64,000 nucleotides of DNA from NCBI RefSeq assembly GCF_947497695.1, contig NZ_CANMHM010000012.1, positions 2,616-66,615 of the forward strand, read 5' to 3'. Position 1 is the first letter of the stretch. Each line of letters begins with the position of its first letter. Both the position numbers and the translations under genes were made by a program. This document shows, piece after piece, positions 18,961 through 27,176 of the stretch. The stretch comes from an uncultured Polaribacter sp. Its GTDB lineage: Bacteria; Bacteroidota; Bacteroidia; Flavobacteriales; Flavobacteriaceae. Under the pieces are notes generated by a model. That model did no database searches. It was not told where the DNA came from and saw only the letters and a list, made by a program, of their open reading frames with translations.

Positions 18961-21900
18961 ATGAAGAACATCTTTTTAAGATTAACAGTTCTCTTATTTA
19001 CATTAAATCTTTTTGCACAAACCAGTAAAGTTTCTGTAGTAAAAGATGTACAAGGAATGAGATTACAAGTAGATGGAAAACCATTTATTGTTAATGGTAT
19101 GAACTGGGATTATATTCCTATCGGAACAAATTACAATTATAGTTTGTGGAAACAATCTGATGATGTCATTAAGGCAGCTTTAGATGCAGAAATGGGTTTG
19201 TTAAAAAATATGGGTGTAAATGCAGTTAGACAATATACTGGCATTCAACCTAAATGGGTTACTTATATTTATGAAACCTATGGAATTTATACAATGTTAA
19301 ACCATTCTTTTGGTAGATATGGTCTTACATTAAACGGAGCATGGGTTGCAGTAACAGATTACAGAGATAAGAAAACACAAGAAGTATTATTAGGTGAAGT
19401 AACTAAATTAGCTAAAGAATATAAAAACACACCTGGTTTGCTATTGTTTTTATTAGGTAATGAAAATAATTATGGTCTTTTTTGGGCTGGTGCAGAAACG
19501 GAAGATTTTCCTGATGAAGAAGATAAGAAAAGAGAAGTTGGTGAGAAACGTGGTAGACCTATGTATAAGCTAATGAATGATGCAGCTAAAATTATGAAAG
19601 AAATCAATCCATCAAACCCTATTGCTATTTGTAATGGTGATGTTTTGTTTATTGATATTATAGCAGAAGAATGTAAAGATATTGACATATATGGTACCAA
19701 TATGTATCGTGGAAAATCTTTTGGAGATGCATTTCAAGTAGTAAAAGACAAATTAAATAAACCAATTCTTTTTACTGAGTTTGGTGCAGATGCATTTAAT
19801 GCAATTACAAACCAAGAAGATCAAAAAATGCAAGCATTTTATATGGTAAATAACTGGAAAGATATTTATGAAAATGCTTCTGGAATGGGAAAAGTTGGAA
19901 ATTCTCTAGGAGGTTTTACTTTCCAATTTAGCGATGGATGGTGGAAATTTGGTCAAACTAAAAATCTAGATGTACATGATAATAATGCTTCTTGGGCAAA
20001 TGGAGGGTATTACCTAGATATGGAAAATGGTAATAATAATATGAATGAAGAGTGGTTTGGTATTTGTGCCAAAGGCCCAACAAATTCAAAAGGTCTTTAC
20101 ACCTTATATCCTCGTGCAGCATATTATTCTTTAAAAGAAGTACATTCTTTAAATCCTTTTAAAGATGGAGTTACCTCTGCTACAATAGCAGATCATTTTT
20201 CTAAAGTAAATTTAATGGATGCCGTTTTAAGAGCAAGAGGAGATAAAGCTGCAATGGGAGGAAACGAAAAAATTAGATTGAGTAATTTACGTGCTGAGTT
20301 TACTACTTTTAATACAGGTGGTAGTTTAATTACAACCCCAGAAACTGCAGATCCAACCGCAAATAATTTTCCTAGTCAATTAGGTTTCGATCACATGCAA
20401 TCTTATTACATTGGTGTTGAAGGAAATCCTGCTCCTAATATGAGAGCCAACGTAAATTTTAATATTATTGGTAATGTAGCAGAAAATGCTATTGATGAAA
20501 TTTTTTATGAAAATAGGGGGCGATCTGTAACAGTAAACACAGATGATGGTAATGTTATTTTAAATGATGTAAATCGTTTAAATGTTTACAACGCAGAATT
20601 TGAGTGGTCTGCTAAAGATTTTGATCTAAGAGGTTTTTATAGAACAGGTCATTATCATTGGGGTTATGAAGGTGATTTCTTTGGATTGTATCCAGAAGCA
20701 AACTATGGACCTAATTTAGATATTTATGGAGGTGAAATTTTAGGTGTTGAGATTGATGGAAAAGGAGCTTTTAATGGTTTAAAAGGAGCATTTGGACCTC
20801 AACTTTGGTGGGGGGCAAACCCAACCACACTTTTAAAATATAGTAAAAAAGTAGGGCATTATGGTATTACAGGTGTTTACCATAGAGATGTAGAAACAGA
20901 TATTAATATAGATCCATTAACTGGTCGTCGTATTTTAGATGCAAATCAAGTTCGAAGTGGTATTATTCCTGCATTTCCTACAGAGAGGTTTGCAATAGCA
21001 GTAGAGAGAGAGTTGGGTAATTTTGGAATTACATTAGGAGGTATTTGGGCAGGAAGTCCTTTAAACGGGTCTTCTTATCAAGATGTAGCAACCAATTCCA
21101 TAGGAGAACAGGTTGTTTATGTAGATAAAGTTAAAAGCTCAGACAATTGGGGTGGAAAAGCTAAAATCACCTATCAAAAAGGTGTTTTTAATTGGTATGC
21201 TCAAGGTGCAATTATGGGCTTAGTTGCCAATGGTGGTGCAGATCAAACACAAACTTTTACAGGATGGAAATTAAAAGATAACGGAAGTGGAAATCAGACT
21301 AATTTTTTAACAGGAGCAACTTTTTCTACAGGTAATTTACAAATTGCTCCTAATTTCTTATATCAAAAGCCTTTAGTAGCTGCAATGCCTAATGGAATAA
21401 ACGCGCCAGGTAGATTAAGAAACGTAATAGACGATCCTTTTGCTGTAAGAGGTAATAGAGAAACAACAGCAATGGAATGGCTATTTACCTATGATCCAAC
21501 ACCAGGTACTTGGATGTATGAATGGGATAATGATAGGGCAGAAGATGCTAAATTAGCAATGAATTTAGGTTTTGTATTTAGACATCTACCAACAACACAA
21601 GATGCACATATTGGTTTTTTAGCAAATCGTAACTTTTTTGCATTTCCTAATGCTGCTCCTGCAGAAGATTTATGGGAAGTAAGTTCTAGAATTGTTTCAA
21701 AAATTAATCCAGATTTTGGTTTTATTGCGAACTTATTTTATGGGAACGGACAAGCTAATGGTGATAATGTAAGATTGATAAAAAGAGGTGGAGGAGATAT
21801 TAGAATGATTTACAATAAGCTAAAAGTTACAGCAACAGCTAAGTTTAACGATTGGGGACCTTTTGATTATCATAGAGATTTTAACTTAACCTACCCAACA

Positions 21901-22131
21901 CAATTAATGTTAGATTTTTCTACAACATTAGGTAAACCAGGTTGGTTTATATTACCAAATACTAAAATGGGAATTAGAGGAACATGGCGTTCTTTAGATG
22001 AATTTTCACCACGTTATAGTCCTAATGTAGCCGCAGAATTTGCAACATCACCAACTATTAGTCCTGTTGGATTTGGTAATGGAAGTGAATGGGAAATTAG
22101 AACATACATACATATCAACATTGGAAAATAA
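18961..22131 (+). CDS. Exported fusion protein: clan GH-A TIM-barrel glycosidase-like N-domain + roughly 600-aa putative outer-membrane beta-barrel
   Basis: SPI signal ('LNLFAQ|TS'). 'LLGNENNY' (acid/base NE), 'ILFTEFGADAF' (nucleophile E), 'FQFSDGWWKF'. C-terminal part is Gly/Asn/aromatic-rich with amphipathic strands ('KAKITYQKGVFNWYAQGAIMGL', 'GGDIRMIYNKLKVTATAKF', 'SEWEIRTYIHINIGK'). Confidence 0.55.
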   Translation: MKNIFLRLTVLLFTLNLFAQTSKVSVVKDVQGMRLQVDGKPFIVNGMNWDYIPIGTNYNYSLWKQSDDVIKAALDAEMGLLKNMGVNAVRQYTGIQPKWVTYIYETYGIYTMLNHSFGRYGLTLNGAWVAVTDYRDKKTQEVLLGEVTKLAKEYKNTPGLLLFLLGNENNYGLFWAGAETEDFPDEEDKKREVGEKRGRPMYKLMNDAAKIMKEINPSNPIAICNGDVLFIDIIAEECKDIDIYGTNMYRGKSFGDAFQVVKDKLNKPILFTEFGADAFNAITNQEDQKMQAFYMVNNWKDIYENASGMGKVGNSLGGFTFQFSDGWWKFGQTKNLDVHDNNASWANGGYYLDMENGNNNMNEEWFGICAKGPTNSKGLYTLYPRAAYYSLKEVHSLNPFKDGVTSATIADHFSKVNLMDAVLRARGDKAAMGGNEKIRLSNLRAEFTTFNTGGSLITTPETADPTANNFPSQLGFDHMQSYYIGVEGNPAPNMRANVNFNIIGNVAENAIDEIFYENRGRSVTVNTDDGNVILNDVNRLNVYNAEFEWSAKDFDLRGFYRTGHYHWGYEGDFFGLYPEANYGPNLDIYGGEILGVEIDGKGAFNGLKGAFGPQLWWGANPTTLLKYSKKVGHYGITGVYHRDVETDINIDPLTGRRILDANQVRSGIIPAFPTERFAIAVERELGNFGITLGGIWAGSPLNGSSYQDVATNSIGEQVVYVDKVKSSDNWGGKAKITYQKGVFNWYAQGAIMGLVANGGADQTQTFTGWKLKDNGSGNQTNFLTGATFSTGNLQIAPNFLYQKPLVAAMPNGINAPGRLRNVIDDPFAVRGNRETTAMEWLFTYDPTPGTWMYEWDNDRAEDAKLAMNLGFVFRHLPTTQDAHIGFLANRNFFAFPNAAPAEDLWEVSSRIVSKINPDFGFIANLFYGNGQANGDNVRLIKRGGGDIRMIYNKLKVTATAKFNDWGPFDYHRDFNLTYPTQLMLDFSTTLGKPGWFILPNTKMGIRGTWRSLDEFSPRYSPNVAAEFATSPTISPVGFGNGSEWEIRTYIHINIGK

Positions 22132-22144
22132 AAAAGATAAAGAA

Positions 22145-23557
22145 ATGAAAATTATACAATTTATAGATTCGAAAATCATATTTGTTTTAGGATTGTTTTT
22201 GATAACATTTACAAGTTGTGAAAGACATCTTTCAGACGAAGCTGAATTTGCTACACATGCAACTACTGCCGAAATTTTTATTGACGGTTTTGAAGGTGGT
22301 TTAGATTACTTTCCTTTTGGAGGTTCTTTTTTAGAAGCATTTTCAGTAGATACAGATGAAAGTTATACAGGAGAAGCTTCAATGCGTTTCGATATTCCTT
22401 CTTTTGGAGTTGGTTTTGGAGGAGCAACTTTTCCAAGCACAGCACCAAGAGATTTATCAGGATATGATGCCTTAACCTTTTGGGCGAAAGCTTCTAAAGG
22501 AGCAGATATTAATGAAATTGGTTTCGGAATTGATGGAAACGGAAGTAAATACCAAGTTACAGCAAGTAATCTTGCAATATCAACAAAATGGACAAAGTAT
22601 ATTGTACCTATACCAGACCCTAAAAAGTTAATTGAGCATATAGGTATGTTTTGGTATGCAGAAGGTGCAGAAAATGAGAATGATGAAGGAGGTTATAGTT
22701 TTTGGATTGATGATTTGCAATTTGAAAAATTAGGAACTATTGCACAACCACGTCCTGCTATTTTAAATGGAGAAGAAATTACAGAACAAGCTTTTAATGG
22801 AGGTACAGTAAATTTGGCTGATCGTGGTCTTACTCAAACATTTAATTTAGGTTCTGGTGCCAATCAAACAGTTTCTGTTGCTCCCTCATATTTTACATTT
22901 AACTCTACAGATGTTGATGTAGCAAGAGTAAGTGAGTTAGGAGTTGTATCTATAGTTGGTAATGGAACAGCAACAATAACAGCAACATTAAACGGTGTAA
23001 AAGCTCTTGGATCATTAACAATAGAAACTATTGGAAGTTTTGATTTTGCTCCAACTCCTACATTAGCTTCAAGTAGCGTGATATCAATTTTTAGTGATGC
23101 CTATACTAATATTCCTGTTGACTTTTTTAATGGTTTTTGGGAGCCTTTCCAAACTACATTATCTGCAGATTTTACTTTAAATAATAATAACATATTAGGT
23201 TATACTAATTTTAATTTTGTTGGACATCAGTTTTCAAGTCCAACTGTAGATGCTACTGAAAAATCTACTTTACATATAAATATGTACATACCAGCAGAAA
23301 TACCAGCAGATTTAGATTTTTTAATTACTATAAAAGATTTTGGTCCCGACAAAGCAGATGGTGGAGGAGATGATACAACACAACAAGTGTTTTTCTATGC
23401 AGAAGATTTTGAAGCTTACACTTGGGCAACTTTAGAAATACCAATAACAATGGTAAATAAAAATAATATTGGTCAAATTATTTATGAGAATATTAATAAC
23501 CCAACAACATCATCTATAGAGAGTTTTTATTTAGATAATATCTATTTCCATAATTAA
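22145..23557 (+). CDS. Surface glycan-binding lipoprotein candidate (CBM-like + Big_2 + 'SDAYTN' domain)
   Basis: ATG at 22145 gives lipobox 'ITFTSC|ERH'. The listed start at 22040 overlaps the upstream gene. 'YSFWIDDLQFEKLG' ends a CBM-like sandwich and 'VARVSELGVVSIVGNGTATITATLNG' is Big_2. C-terminal domain starts 'VISIFSDAYTN'. Confidence 0.65.
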   Translation: MKIIQFIDSKIIFVLGLFLITFTSCERHLSDEAEFATHATTAEIFIDGFEGGLDYFPFGGSFLEAFSVDTDESYTGEASMRFDIPSFGVGFGGATFPSTAPRDLSGYDALTFWAKASKGADINEIGFGIDGNGSKYQVTASNLAISTKWTKYIVPIPDPKKLIEHIGMFWYAEGAENENDEGGYSFWIDDLQFEKLGTIAQPRPAILNGEEITEQAFNGGTVNLADRGLTQTFNLGSGANQTVSVAPSYFTFNSTDVDVARVSELGVVSIVGNGTATITATLNGVKALGSLTIETIGSFDFAPTPTLASSSVISIFSDAYTNIPVDFFNGFWEPFQTTLSADFTLNNNNILGYTNFNFVGHQFSSPTVDATEKSTLHINMYIPAEIPADLDFLITIKDFGPDKADGGGDDTTQQVFFYAEDFEAYTWATLEIPITMVNKNNIGQIIYENINNPTTSSIESFYLDNIYFHN

Positions 23558-23568
23558 AAATAAATAAT

Positions 23569-24396
23569 ATGAATAAAATATATAAAATAAAAGTATCACT
23601 ATTTAAATCATTACTTATTGTATTCACTCTGTTTTTTGCAACAAGTTGTAATACAGATGAAGAGCAGACAGTTGCAACGTTTACTAATTTAGTAATGCAA
23701 GACGAGTTTGATACCAATGGATCTTTAGATAATACCATTTGGGATTTTAACATTGGTACAGGTACTAATGGTTGGGGTAATAATGAACTTCAATATTATA
23801 CAGACCGTTCAGAAAATGCGATTGTACAAAATGGTGTATTAATTATAACGGCAAAAAAAGAAGATTTTAATGGTGCTGGTTATACATCAGCAAGAATACT
23901 AACAAAAGGCAAATTTGAACAGAAGTATGGGCGTTTTGAAGCACGTATTAGATTGCCTTATGGTCAAGGAACTTGGCCTGCATTTTGGTTATTAGGTGCT
24001 AATATTGATGAAGTGGGTTGGCCACAATGTGGAGAAATTGATATCATGGAAAATCGTGGACAAGAACCTACCTTAATTAGTGGAACAGTTCATGGTCCTG
24101 GTTATTCTGCTGGAGAATCTATAGGGAAATCGTATGAATTATTAAACGATAGATTTGATACTGGGTTTCATGTTTTTGGAATTGAATGGGGACCTGAATA
24201 CATCAATTTTTATGTAGATGATGTATTGTATAATCAAATAACACCAGAAGATGTTACAGGAGAATGGGTTTACGATCATCCGTTTTTTATCATTTTAAAT
24301 TTAGCTATTGGAGGTGATTATGTAGGGGCGCCAAATGCCGAAACTGTTTTTCCTCAAAGGATGCTTGTAGATTACGTTAGAGTTTATCAAAAATAA
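23569..24396 (+). CDS. GH16 endo-beta-1,3-glucanase (laminarinase), lipoprotein
   Basis: Lipobox 'FFATSC|NTDEEQ'. Has the GH16 catalytic motif 'GEIDIMEN' (ExDxxE), 'WPAFWLLG' and 'NLAIGG'. Confidence 0.9.
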   Translation: MNKIYKIKVSLFKSLLIVFTLFFATSCNTDEEQTVATFTNLVMQDEFDTNGSLDNTIWDFNIGTGTNGWGNNELQYYTDRSENAIVQNGVLIITAKKEDFNGAGYTSARILTKGKFEQKYGRFEARIRLPYGQGTWPAFWLLGANIDEVGWPQCGEIDIMENRGQEPTLISGTVHGPGYSAGESIGKSYELLNDRFDTGFHVFGIEWGPEYINFYVDDVLYNQITPEDVTGEWVYDHPFFIILNLAIGGDYVGAPNAETVFPQRMLVDYVRVYQK

Positions 24397-24418
24397 ATAA
24401 AATTTAAAAATAAATATT

Positions 24419-26863
24419 ATGAAACAAATCATTCAAAAAATAAAGCAAATTTCAATATTGCTTTTAGTTTTATCTTTTTTAAGCTGTGAAAAAGAAGATG
24501 AGAAAAATTTACCTCAAATAACAGCTGGTTTTACCTATACAATTAATGTAGATACAGGTACTGTAACTTTTATAAATATTTCTGAAAGTGCTGATAGTTA
24601 TGAGTGGTCTTTTGGAGACGAGACAGAAAACTCACCAGCAACAACATCCACAGAAGTTAATCCAATACATACATTTGCAAGTGGTACTTATACAGTATTG
24701 TTAAAAGCGAAAAATGTTGCGGGAGCTTCTAATACTTTTGAGAGCATTATTACTTTCGAAATTCCAGAAGTATTTGCTTTTCCAGTAACGTTTGATAATG
24801 CAAAAGTGAGTTACACTGTAGCTACTTTTAGTGGTACTACTTTTAAGATAGTAGATAATCCTGCATTAGGAGGTACAAATAATGTTGCCTCTAAAGTAGG
24901 TGAAATTGTAAATAGTGGAGCAGCTTTTGAAGGGATAGCTTTAGAATTAGGAACAGATTTAGATTTAACAACAAACAAATCAATAAAAGTTAATGTTTGG
25001 TCAGATAAAGCTGTTGATGTTTTATTAAAATTAGAAATATCAGAAAGTGATGCCGTTGAAACAGCAGTAAATCACACTGGTTCTGGATGGGAAGAATTAA
25101 CATTTAGTTTTAGTTCATCAAAATCATATCCTAAAGTTGTTGTTTTTATTGATGGACCTGGAGCTACTACAGGAACCTTTTATATTGATGATTTAGTTCA
25201 AGTTGCATCAGAAGAATCTCCTGCTCCTTTATGTGAAGCAGAAACAATGCAGTCTTTAAATGCGGTAGATTTTAATTTAACTTTTATGGCAGATCCAGCG
25301 TCTAGCTTAACAATTATACAAGACAATACAACCTATGAATATATAGATAATATTGCAGCTACAGATGCTAATAACTCATGTAAAATAGGTAAGCTAACCA
25401 ATAGCAACCAAAACCCTTGGGACAATTTACAAATAGATTTAGCAAGTAAATTAACTTTTACAAATGGATCAAACTTTACAATGAAGGTGTATTCGCCTCA
25501 GTCTGGGTACAAAGTAACTATGAAGCTTGAAGATAAAAATGATAATAGTATTAAGACAGAAGTAGCTTCTTCAGCGACAACAAAAACAAACGAATGGGAA
25601 GTAATTACAGTTCCTTTTGGAGCTACTGATAGTGGAAAGTATGATAAAATTGTACTGTTTTTTGATTTAGAAACACAAAACGGAAACACGTATTATTTTG
25701 ATGATTTAAAATTAAACGCTGGTTCTGGTGGTGGAAATACTGGTGGAGGAGCTTGTACTACAGATGCTGCTCAATCTCTTAGTGCATCAAGTTTTGATTT
25801 AACTTTTTTAACAGATATTGGTACTATAGCAACAAAAGGTGCAGATGTTGGTAAGTTTTTTCAAGACAACACAACGTATGAATATGTTGATAATCCAGGA
25901 ACTTCTTCAGTAAATAATTCATGTAAAGTAGGTAAGGCTACAAACAGCAATCAAAACCCTTGGGATAATTTACAAATTGATTTAACAAACAAATTAGCAT
26001 TTACTGATGGATCAAATTTTACAATGAAAGTATACTCGCCACAATCTGGTTATAAAGTAACTTTAAAGTTAGAAGATAAAACAAACGGAGGAATTGCAAA
26101 AGAATTTCCTTCTAATGAAACAACTACTAAAATTAATGAATGGGAAGTACTAACTTTTCCTGTAAGTGCAGCTGATGCTAATATATATGATAAAATTGTA
26201 TTGTTTTTTGATTTACAAACTCAAAATGCAAACACGTATTATTTTGATGATTTAAAGTTGAACTTAGGTTCTGGTGGTGGAAATACAGGTGGTAATTCAG
26301 GTGGAAGTGGAACCTCAAGTACTCTTGGAGGGGGAACTGGATGTGATGATACAATTACATGCCCTGCTGCTCCAGTAGGTGAATTATTATTTAACGGAGA
26401 TTTTGAAGCATGTGACTGTGATTGGCAATTAATTAACAATGGAGGTTTAGTAACCATCTCAACAACAATTAGTAATGGGGGTACAAAATCTGCTCAAATT
26501 CAATCTGCAGCGGGTGTAAACCCAGCATTAAAGCAAGAAAGACTTGGTGCAGGTCTTATTCAACCAAATACTACTTATGTTGTTACTTTTGATATTAAAG
26601 CATCAGGTGAATTTGGTGAGGGTGGTTTGTTCAAGGCATTTACTTTTTCTGAAGGAGAAAATGGTGGAGACGTAGCTGCAACTCAACATGTTCTAACAGA
26701 GAATACTACTAGTATTTCATCTGCTTCTTGGGAAAGTAAATCGTATACTTTTACTACTCCAGGATCTGCAGCTCAAGTTGCAGGAGGAATATCTTTCTTA
26801 GCTGAGTTAGTAAACAGTGCCGCTTCAGTAAACATAGATAATGTAGTTATAAAAGCTCAATAA
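24419..26863 (+). CDS. PKD-domain + four CBM-like modules surface lipoprotein
   Basis: Lipobox 'LSFLSC|EKEDEK'. PKD ('TVTFINISESADSYEWSFGDE...YTVLLKAKN'). Modules end 'FYIDDLVQV', 'YYFDDLKLN' (twice) and 'IDNVVIKAQ'. Gly-rich linkers 'GSGGGNTGG'. Confidence 0.7.
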   Translation: MKQIIQKIKQISILLLVLSFLSCEKEDEKNLPQITAGFTYTINVDTGTVTFINISESADSYEWSFGDETENSPATTSTEVNPIHTFASGTYTVLLKAKNVAGASNTFESIITFEIPEVFAFPVTFDNAKVSYTVATFSGTTFKIVDNPALGGTNNVASKVGEIVNSGAAFEGIALELGTDLDLTTNKSIKVNVWSDKAVDVLLKLEISESDAVETAVNHTGSGWEELTFSFSSSKSYPKVVVFIDGPGATTGTFYIDDLVQVASEESPAPLCEAETMQSLNAVDFNLTFMADPASSLTIIQDNTTYEYIDNIAATDANNSCKIGKLTNSNQNPWDNLQIDLASKLTFTNGSNFTMKVYSPQSGYKVTMKLEDKNDNSIKTEVASSATTKTNEWEVITVPFGATDSGKYDKIVLFFDLETQNGNTYYFDDLKLNAGSGGGNTGGGACTTDAAQSLSASSFDLTFLTDIGTIATKGADVGKFFQDNTTYEYVDNPGTSSVNNSCKVGKATNSNQNPWDNLQIDLTNKLAFTDGSNFTMKVYSPQSGYKVTLKLEDKTNGGIAKEFPSNETTTKINEWEVLTFPVSAADANIYDKIVLFFDLQTQNANTYYFDDLKLNLGSGGGNTGGNSGGSGTSSTLGGGTGCDDTITCPAAPVGELLFNGDFEACDCDWQLINNGGLVTISTTISNGGTKSAQIQSAAGVNPALKQERLGAGLIQPNTTYVVTFDIKASGEFGEGGLFKAFTFSEGENGGDVAATQHVLTENTTSISSASWESKSYTFTTPGSAAQVAGGISFLAELVNSAASVNIDNVVIKAQ
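25232..26290 (+). repeat. Diverged tandem duplication of a roughly 522-bp CBM-like module (25232-25753 and 25754 to about 26290)
   Basis: Both copies start at a Cys codon and share 'QDNTTYEY(I/V)DN', 'NSNQNPWDNLQIDL', 'GSNFTMKVYSPQSGYKVT', 'YDKIVLFFDL' and 'TYYFDDLKLN', followed by 'GSGGGNTGG'. Confidence 0.9.
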
Positions 26864-26888
26864 TTAGTTTTTTACTATTATTAATAAA

Positions 26889-26922
26889 CAGCTTGAGTAA
26901 TCATTAATTCATACTCAAGCTG
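26889..26922 (+). terminator. Hairpin splitting the glucan locus into two transcription units
   Basis: 11-bp perfect stem: cagcttgagta (26889-26899) pairs with tactcaagctg (26912-26922), followed by 'cttattat'. Confidence 0.55.
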
Positions 26923-27176
26923 CTTATTATAGAGCATTAATAAAAAGAAGTAAAAGTTTTGTAAGAGCTAAGTTTTTAGATGTCATAAATATTTTGTTGG
27001 CTTTTAAGAATCGTTTTAAGCTATATTTAAAACGATATAAAAACACCTCAAATAAAATAAATTGATCTCTAATCTAAGGAGGGAAAAAAGAACAAAACGA
27101 ATACACAAAAAGTACTAACCAATATTTTGAATAACGAATTACTATTTTTTTAGAGATTCATAGAAGGCTAATTTTA

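Noticed and set aside
22040-22144. N-terminal extension of the 505-aa ORF overlapping the end of 18961-22131.
   Set aside because: The extension has no signal-peptide character and overlaps the upstream gene by 92 nt. ATG 22145 gives a canonical lipoprotein signal, so the shorter model was used. The same logic was applied at 12629 (moved to 12677), 54226 (moved to 54253) and 53018 (moved to 53045).
27065-27157. 8-nt inverted repeat 'atctctaa' (27065-27072) and 'ttagagat' (27150-27157) in the leader of the phosphorylase operon.
   Set aside because: It is a short AT-rich match separated by 77 nt, easily expected by chance, and has no supporting motif elsewhere in the window.
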